From positions 1 through 64,000 of IMG/VR virus record IMGVR_UViG_3300012277_000001: a DNA stretch of 64,000 nucleotides. One strand, written 5' to 3'. Both the position numbers and the translations under genes were made by a program. The notes under the pieces were generated by a model. The model saw only the letters and a list, made by a program, of their open reading frames with translations, made no database searches and was not told where the DNA came from. This DNA comes from an uncultured virus (IMG/VR IMGVR_UViG_3300012277_000001) (taxonomy: Duplodnaviria > Heunggongvirae > Uroviricota > Caudoviricetes). Of the stretch, positions 58,290 to 64,000 are shown piece by piece; the first letter of the stretch is position 1; the number at the start of each line of letters is the position of its first letter.

Positions 58290-58951
58290 GCAATAAAGTT
58301 TTGCTGGTTGCCGGTGTTGCTGCACTGGCAGTTCTCGCAGGCTGTGACGACAAACCGTACGCCGACGAAGAACAGGCGTACGTGGACGAACAGGCAGGGG
58401 CCATAACGCGAAAGCAAATGGGCGACGACGAACAGGATCGTATGGCAGCCCTGAAAGAATTGCAGGCCCAAGATCCAACGGTAAAAGACGTGTATTTCTC
58501 GGTCGATGAAAACGGCCAAAAGCAAATGCACGTTGTGCGTGAAGAGGCCAACGGTAAGAACAGCGATTCCGTATGGCCGATGGTCGCCAGCGCGGGTGCT
58601 GGTGCGTTGGGTGGCTACCTGCTGGCCAAGGCCATTACCGGTTCTGGCGGTGTACAGCAGTACGGACAGCAGCACCGCCCGCTTTCGACCCAGCAATACG
58701 ATGAAGACGAACGCAAACGTCGTCGAGGGGCCGCTGGCGCAGGTTACAATTCGTGGATGATGAACCAGAATCGTTCTGCTGTTCGTTCGTCTCCGAATTT
58801 CCGTAGCAACATGAACACCCGCGTTTCGCAGTGGCGTTCTAGCCCAAGCAGTGCCCCGGCCACCGTTCGTGCTGCTGCAACTTCGCGTGCGTCGGCTGTG
58901 ATGGGTGGTGGTGGCGGTCGTGCATCTGCACACGGCGGTTTCGGCGGTTAA
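58286..58951 (+). CDS. DUF1190/YgiB-like lipoprotein
   Basis: lipobox LAGC; WPM..G..GGYLL; low-complexity tail ending HGGFGG; TTG start overlapping upstream TGA. Confidence 0.7.
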   Translation: MSNKVLLVAGVAALAVLAGCDDKPYADEEQAYVDEQAGAITRKQMGDDEQDRMAALKELQAQDPTVKDVYFSVDENGQKQMHVVREEANGKNSDSVWPMVASAGAGALGGYLLAKAITGSGGVQQYGQQHRPLSTQQYDEDERKRRRGAAGAGYNSWMMNQNRSAVRSSPNFRSNMNTRVSQWRSSPSSAPATVRAAATSRASAVMGGGGGRASAHGGFGG

Positions 58952-58970
58952 TCAAAAGGGAATTCATCAA

Positions 58971-60344
58971 ATGCATTGCAACAAATATGCGATTAACTTC
59001 GACCTCGACCGCTTGATGGACGAAGAACTGCCGTGGACTCAAGCGTTTTACCGCGAAGAGCCTGCGCCGGGTCAGACCAAGGGCCATTTCTACGAAGACG
59101 TACGCGAATATTTCGCATACCCTCTGAAGCACCATGACGCGCTGCCTGTTTACGAACTCAACATGAGTTCCTGTGCCAAAGTCGAAGCTGATTTCGAAAA
59201 CGCCTACTCGATGCTGGTCGAGGCAGTAGGCAAGCTATTCAACGAACCACAAGCGCGAATCATGGATTTCATGGGCTGCGAATTCCTGCGCAAATTCCCA
59301 TGGTTCATCGACTACGCGAAATGGACCTACCGTGAGCACAACGCCAGTGCGCGACAGTCTATCTACGGTCGCTTTGACGCCGCGTTCAACCCTGTGTCCG
59401 AAACCGTTACAGGTATCTACGAATTCAACGGCGATACGCCTACCATGCTGTTCGAATCGGTAGCGGTTCAGAACATGGTGTGCGAGCAAATCACGGGCGA
59501 CCACGAACTGCAATTGAACAGCCTGTGGCCGAACATGCAACGTCTGTTCCTGCAACTGGGCGCAATTCCCGGTACTGCTGCTGTGGTGTTCGACGGCGGC
59601 ACGTTCGAAGACATGGCAACGTGCGAAGTAATCGCGCAAATCATGGGTGAAGACAACCTGTGCCTGTTCGTCGATGGTTCGGACATGGAGTACGACTACG
59701 ACAACCCCACGCAGCCATGGGTTATCAACGGTCGTGATGATCACCTTTCGGTTATTTTCGCCCTGATTCCTTGGGAAGAAATGATCGAGAAATTCCCCGA
59801 AGGTTATCAGAACTGGGAACGCTGGGCACCTAACGTTACGTTCCTCGAACCTGCATGGCGCTGGTTCACCAGCAATAAAGGCATTTGGGCCTACATCAGC
59901 CAGTTGTTCGAAAACGACCGCGATTTCAAACAGCGTTATGCCGATGTGCCTACGCTGAAAACTGAACTGACGCCGGATTTCTTCAAGCAGGCAAACATGC
60001 AATACGTGAAGAAACCGAAGATCGGTCGCATGTCGAATAACATCGAGATTTTCGGTGCGGATGGCTCGCACAAATTCTCGACCGATGGTGCCTATGCAGG
60101 TGACGACTGCGTTTACCAGCAGTACCACGAACCGTTCCAAGTGAACGACCGTCACAATTTCATCATCGGCATGTTCATGACCCCGGACATGGCAACCAAC
60201 TACAACACGATCAAGCAGGCCACGGCCTCGACGTTGTGCATTCGTGAATTTGATTCGCCTGTGCTGGGTATCAAGAACGAACGTTTCGTGGCTCACATCC
60301 TGATCGACGACGTGAACGATCCTGAAGAGGACTACGAACAATGA
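58971..60344 (+). CDS. glutathionylspermidine synthase-like ATP-grasp ligase (YgiC/YjfC family)
   Basis: IYGRFD; YEFNGDTPT.L.ES; L.PWEEM; EPAW....SNKG; YVKKP..GR...NI. Confidence 0.9.
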   Translation: MHCNKYAINFDLDRLMDEELPWTQAFYREEPAPGQTKGHFYEDVREYFAYPLKHHDALPVYELNMSSCAKVEADFENAYSMLVEAVGKLFNEPQARIMDFMGCEFLRKFPWFIDYAKWTYREHNASARQSIYGRFDAAFNPVSETVTGIYEFNGDTPTMLFESVAVQNMVCEQITGDHELQLNSLWPNMQRLFLQLGAIPGTAAVVFDGGTFEDMATCEVIAQIMGEDNLCLFVDGSDMEYDYDNPTQPWVINGRDDHLSVIFALIPWEEMIEKFPEGYQNWERWAPNVTFLEPAWRWFTSNKGIWAYISQLFENDRDFKQRYADVPTLKTELTPDFFKQANMQYVKKPKIGRMSNNIEIFGADGSHKFSTDGAYAGDDCVYQQYHEPFQVNDRHNFIIGMFMTPDMATNYNTIKQATASTLCIREFDSPVLGIKNERFVAHILIDDVNDPEEDYEQ

Positions 60345-60547
60345 TTTTGCTGGTTGTGATTCTGCTTGCTGCGTGGGCCATCTTCGGAATCTCTGGTGTG
60401 ATTTCCGATTATAACCTGTCGCTGCAAAAGCCAGAACTGAAAGACGGTTTCCGTCGCTTCGGCCATCACATGCTGGTGCCTGTGATCTGGATCGGTGACA
60501 ACTTGTCGGCCTTTGCCAAACGCGTACAAAGCCAACTGAAAAAATAA
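60341..60547 (+). CDS. small membrane protein
   Basis: ATGA overlap with ligase; N-terminal TM. Confidence 0.65.
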   Translation: MILLVVILLAAWAIFGISGVISDYNLSLQKPELKDGFRRFGHHMLVPVIWIGDNLSAFAKRVQSQLKK

Positions 60548-60555
60548 ACGGAAAT

Positions 60556-60601
60556 AGGTGCCTGCCGTTTGGTGGGCGCCTTCGAGGAAGGTACAATGAA
60601 A
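60556..60601 (+). promoter_or_regulatory. hairpin + AGGTACAATGAAA cassette
   Basis: AGGTGCCTGCC-GTTT-GGTGGGCGCCT then motif. Confidence 0.5.
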
Positions 60602-60859
60602 TATATCGCTCTGATTTTCGCATTCTCTCTACTGGCGGGCTGCGAATGGGACGGCAGCAACCCTTCGCGTGGCTTAGACAAAGCAAAAGACACGCGTTTG
60701 CATTGGGACTCGAAATGGGAAGCCCAAGGCATCTGCGCCCGTAACAACATGCTGTTCGAAAGCAGCACATTTCTGCGCGGCGATAATGGCGGCTACCGCG
60801 CTATCTGTCGGCAAAAAGACGGGTCAGTCGTCAACCTTGAAAGGAATGCACATCCATGA
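60596..60859 (+). CDS. small lipoprotein
   Basis: MKY..LLAGC lipobox. Confidence 0.7.
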   Translation: MKYIALIFAFSLLAGCEWDGSNPSRGLDKAKDTRLHWDSKWEAQGICARNNMLFESSTFLRGDNGGYRAICRQKDGSVVNLERNAHP

Positions 60860-61161
60860 GCAAAGCTTTCCGCGTTTTCCATCGCGTTCCGGGGCCTACT
60901 ACCAAGCCCGACGAAATGTTCATCCCGCAATACTTCGAGGGCGGCGGTTGGCGTGCGTTCACGCATCAAGGCAAGCCCGTCACGTTTGGCACTGAGGTAG
61001 CGGCGCAACAACACCTAATCGGGTTCGTTCGTGACTCCATTGACAAGATCACGACGCGGGTTAACAGCCTGTATTCCGAACGCGAAAACCTCCAAGAAAA
61101 TCTCAAACAGCTGATGAAAGAATCCATCGGCGTCAACGCAAGGAACATCGACCATGAGTGA
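60856..61161 (+). CDS. hypothetical protein
   Basis: ATGA overlap. Confidence 0.7.
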   Translation: MSKAFRVFHRVPGPTTKPDEMFIPQYFEGGGWRAFTHQGKPVTFGTEVAAQQHLIGFVRDSIDKITTRVNSLYSERENLQENLKQLMKESIGVNARNIDHE

Positions 61162-61471
61162 CGGATCTTTCAAGTACATCGTGTTTGGCGCCAAGAACAA
61201 AGATGGTGTCGAATTCGAAATTCCGGTCATGTTTCCGAAATACCTGACCCACGCCGACATGTGCGAAGCGTCGAAGATGGTCATGTTCCGTGATGATTAC
61301 AGCGGCCTCACGCCGGGGCCAGCTATCAGCGCCGGTTTCTGCTGCATCGAAAAAGGCGGTATTGCCTGTTTCGGTGAATCCGAATCGCTGAAAAAGAAAT
61401 CGCGTGGTGAACAGGACGCCGCTCTATTCGACCAGTACAACACCTACGGCCACGGGCGGGTGATGGGATAG
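61154..61471 (+). CDS. hypothetical protein (family of 16572/52765)
   Basis: EIPVMFP..LTHAD..ISAGFC..C.GESESL...SRG..D. Confidence 0.75.
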   Translation: MSDGSFKYIVFGAKNKDGVEFEIPVMFPKYLTHADMCEASKMVMFRDDYSGLTPGPAISAGFCCIEKGGIACFGESESLKKKSRGEQDAALFDQYNTYGHGRVMG

Positions 61472-61507
61472 TGCAAGCTACGGCAGACATGGAAGCGTGA
61501 TCCTGCA

Positions 61508-61518
61508 AAACTGTAAAT
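61508..61518 (+). promoter_or_regulatory. AAACTGTAAAT motif
   Basis: intergenic copy of recurrent motif. Confidence 0.55.
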
Positions 61519-61583
61519 ATCCCTTGGGCAGTAATTTAGTAAGAACGGTGTAAAAGCCGTTCCATTAATTGACAAGGGGCTGT

Positions 61584-62126
61584 ATGGAAATGCAGGTTGA
61601 ACTCCACGTCGGCGAACTGGCAACCGCCAAGTCGAAGCCGAAAAAAGCAAGCAAGAAAAAGGAAAAGGTTCGCGAGCAATCGGGCTGTATTCCTTACCGC
61701 GACAAAGATGGTGTGCGCCAAGTGCTGCTGGTCAAAAAGCTGCGCAAGGATTCATGGTGGGGCTTTACCAAAGGCGGCCAAGAAAAGAACCTGAATGCCC
61801 GTGAGAACGCGGCCAAGGAATGTTTCGAGGAAGCTGGCGTAACGGGCACCGTCACCAAAAAGATCGGTAAGTTTGAGTACAAAAAAGACGGCATGCAACA
61901 GAAGGTCGTCATGTACGCGATGGAGTTTCATTCGCAGCTGGACGACTGGCAGGAAAAGCACATGCGGAAACGCAAGTGGTTCAGCCTGCCGGAAGCCCGC
62001 GACAAACTGAGCCGCGAGCACCACAAGTTGCTGGAAGAAATCAAAAAACTTCCGAAGAAAGAGAAGGCAAAGAAAACGGTAGAGGTCGATAAGATCAAGC
62101 CGAAGAAAATCAAGAAAGCAGCATAA
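61584..62126 (+). CDS. Nudix hydrolase with Lys-rich N- and C-terminal tails
   Basis: SGCIPY; VLLV; WGFTKGGQE..NAAKECFEEAGV; W.E...RKRKWFS. Confidence 0.9.
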   Translation: MEMQVELHVGELATAKSKPKKASKKKEKVREQSGCIPYRDKDGVRQVLLVKKLRKDSWWGFTKGGQEKNLNARENAAKECFEEAGVTGTVTKKIGKFEYKKDGMQQKVVMYAMEFHSQLDDWQEKHMRKRKWFSLPEARDKLSREHHKLLEEIKKLPKKEKAKKTVEVDKIKPKKIKKAA

Positions 62127-62131
62127 ACCAA

Positions 62132-62155
62132 AATGGCGTCCTTCGGGGCGCCATT
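62132..62155 (+). terminator. UUCG-tetraloop hairpin, probable terminator
   Basis: AATGGCGTCC-TTCG-GGGCGCCATT. Confidence 0.6.
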
Positions 62156-62178
62156 GCACTTTCTGGCAAAGGAAAACT

Positions 62179-62457
62179 ATGGATATCCAGATTAATACCA
62201 AGGCACTGTGTGAACAGATTCAGGAAGTCTTGCTAGATAAACATCCTGTGCTTTTTATCCGGATCGAACCAAAAGACACCAACGCACACACCATCGAAGT
62301 TCTGGTTCCTGATACCGACGCAGAATTCGGCCTGATTATCCACCCCTACAAATCGGTAGAAGTCTGGCGCTGCAACGAAGATCCGGCGTCCATTGCGTTG
62401 CTGGACTGGACGTTGGAATACATGTTGACCCGTGGCTATCAACAGGTGGCAAAATGA
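62179..62457 (+). CDS. hypothetical protein
   Basis: AAGGA RBS. Confidence 0.7.
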   Translation: MDIQINTKALCEQIQEVLLDKHPVLFIRIEPKDTNAHTIEVLVPDTDAEFGLIIHPYKSVEVWRCNEDPASIALLDWTLEYMLTRGYQQVAK

Positions 62458-63140
62458 ATCTACAAGAATTCAAAGAGAAAGTTGAGGAACTGTTCGGCCA
62501 TAAGTTCCACCTTGGAAATGATTCAGAGTACCGGCAGGTGCGCTCCTATTTGGGCCGTGTGCTGCTTGTCACGTGCCCCTACGGTCCAGCTGGTAGCATC
62601 AAGCATGTGGAATACGCGGTGCGTGGTAACTTGCTGGAACTGAGGCCACGCCATGTGGCTGCACGTTGGAAAGAACCATCCCAAGATTTTTCCGATGTTT
62701 TCGAACAGCTGGAATCCATGGCGAAGATACAGGCACGCCGCCATGGTTCCGATCTGGCAAATATCGAAAAGCACATTGCCGAACTCGAATTGATCCGCAA
62801 ATGCGCGGTGCAATACATGCGTCACGAAGGTCCACGCCCTTCGGTTCGTGTTGTTCTGGCAAATTCAGATATTGCGCTGTTTGATATTTATGGGGATTAC
62901 ATCAACTACGAACCGTCCTCGAAAGCCTTGGCAGCCAATGGCTTTACTGATATGCGTCTTCGGGCACCGAACAAAGCGGCGACCGTTGCAGAAATGATGC
63001 TGCTACCGATCACTGACAAAAAGCGGTCAAGCACGCGGTATGTTCCTCGCCGTGCCGATATCTTTGTGAGCAATGCGCGTTACGTTTTGCCCACCAACGG
63101 TGAAAATCCCTACGTTGAATTTGTGAGCGATGAAGAATGA
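62454..63140 (+). CDS. hypothetical protein
   Basis: ATGA overlap. Confidence 0.75.
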   Translation: MNLQEFKEKVEELFGHKFHLGNDSEYRQVRSYLGRVLLVTCPYGPAGSIKHVEYAVRGNLLELRPRHVAARWKEPSQDFSDVFEQLESMAKIQARRHGSDLANIEKHIAELELIRKCAVQYMRHEGPRPSVRVVLANSDIALFDIYGDYINYEPSSKALAANGFTDMRLRAPNKAATVAEMMLLPITDKKRSSTRYVPRRADIFVSNARYVLPTNGENPYVEFVSDEE

Positions 63141-63445
63141 GTGCCCTTAATCCGATCAAGGCGACGGAGGCTCTTATGCGGAGCCTCATTCAAGAATTTC
63201 CTGATGTGATGTTTAGCCCGCGCACCAGCTGCGTACCCCACACCGAAAGGCCCGGTTGGAAAAGTGCCGATTTGGTTCTGTATTCGCACAATTTCACGGA
63301 TCTGGAAGTTCGCATTCACGTACTGGAAAGCGGCCAGTATGAAATCACGGCGGACCCTGACACTTTGTCGCAGGCTTGCCGGTCGTATTCCATGGGTTTC
63401 CTAGACGGACTCAATGACGCGCAGGCCTTCCGCGAGAAACTGTAA
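63137..63445 (+). CDS. hypothetical protein
   Basis: ATGA overlap. Confidence 0.7.
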   Translation: MSALNPIKATEALMRSLIQEFPDVMFSPRTSCVPHTERPGWKSADLVLYSHNFTDLEVRIHVLESGQYEITADPDTLSQACRSYSMGFLDGLNDAQAFREKL

Positions 63446-63495
63446 ACACTACAGGCACCAGTAACACCAACCCTCTGATAGACAAAGGATGCACC

Positions 63496-64000
63496 ATGAC
63501 CCAAGCAGCACAAAACCTGATTGACGCTTTCGCCATTACTGATCGTGTTCCCGCTTTCCAGTTGGCCGACTTCCTGTCGCGTATGGGTTCCCTGATCGGT
63601 TCGCGTGACGTGTTCGAGGAATCAGAAAACGCGGGTAGTTTCATCTATCGCAACCAAGCCACCTACGGCGCACTGACCCTCAACGTGCAGCCTCATGATC
63701 GTGTGGTCTATGTGAAATACCGGTCGGGTGCAGAAATGACCCGTTCGGATCGTTTCAGCCTCGATGATGGTGCACACTTCGAACAGTTCATGGCATCGTT
63801 CGAAAAACGCATCAATATTGCCAAAGTTTGGCATCGTGGGGCCGTGTTGATTGCCGAAGAACTGCTGGCCACCGTGCCCACCAGCGCGTTCCGTCACGAA
63901 GTGATTCGTCGTCCGTCGTACGAAAAGCCGTACCCATTCTGCGATTTCGTGCTGAAAGAATTCCCCGACGTTTGCATGCTGCGCGTTGCCCACGATGGTT
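63496..64000 (+). CDS. hypothetical protein, 3'-truncated by window
   Basis: AAGGA RBS, ATG 63496 (MTQAAQNLIDAF...), open to window end. Confidence 0.75.
   Translation, partial: MTQAAQNLIDAFAITDRVPAFQLADFLSRMGSLIGSRDVFEESENAGSFIYRNQATYGALTLNVQPHDRVVYVKYRSGAEMTRSDRFSLDDGAHFEQFMASFEKRINIAKVWHRGAVLIAEELLATVPTSAFRHEVIRRPSYEKPYPFCDFVLKEFPDVCMLRVAHDG

Larger units (their letters stand above)
1..64000 (+). mobile_element. Segment of a large/jumbo bacteriophage genome (accessory gene region), probable Pseudomonas host
   Basis: About 130 short co-oriented, translationally coupled ORFs, mostly hypothetical; phage-type auxiliary genes (Nudix, NADAR, GspS-like, AmrZ-like); no bacterial housekeeping operons. 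Confidence 0.85.

Noticed and set aside
1..64000. tRNA, rRNA or CRISPR array
   Set aside because: No cloverleaf with T-loop and acceptor stem and no regularly spaced repeat-spacer array seen by eye; gaps are mostly too short. A tRNAscan or Infernal run would be needed to exclude them fully

Overview
The window reads as part of the accessory region of a large (probably jumbo) dsDNA phage, most likely infecting Pseudomonas. The best host clue is an AmrZ/AlgZ-like Arc repressor at 56355. About 130 tightly packed genes all lie on the + strand, often with overlapping stop/start codons (ATGA, TAATG, GTGA). I found no recognisable structural, replication, integrase, rRNA, tRNA or CRISPR features. 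Most genes are hypothetical. Products recognisable by motif are: a YfaP/DUF2135-like domain protein with its usual small partner, a 2OG-Fe(II) oxygenase, an acyl-carrier-protein fusion, a TPM-like membrane protein next to a LemA-like protein, a nucleotidyltransferase, two tandem GNAT-fold proteins flanked by Lys/Arg-rich peptides, three Nudix proteins, a NADAR protein, a degenerate HD protein, several HTH/RHH/AP2-like DNA-binding proteins, and a DUF1190(YgiB)-like lipoprotein next to a glutathionylspermidine-synthase-like (YgiC) ATP-grasp ligase. Non-coding structure includes a recurrent co-oriented AAACTGTAAAY motif (candidate phage promoter), a recurrent hairpin + AGG(G/T)ACAATGAAA cassette, two sigma70-like promoters and several hairpins or terminators. 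All functional calls come from reading motifs by eye; no database search was run.
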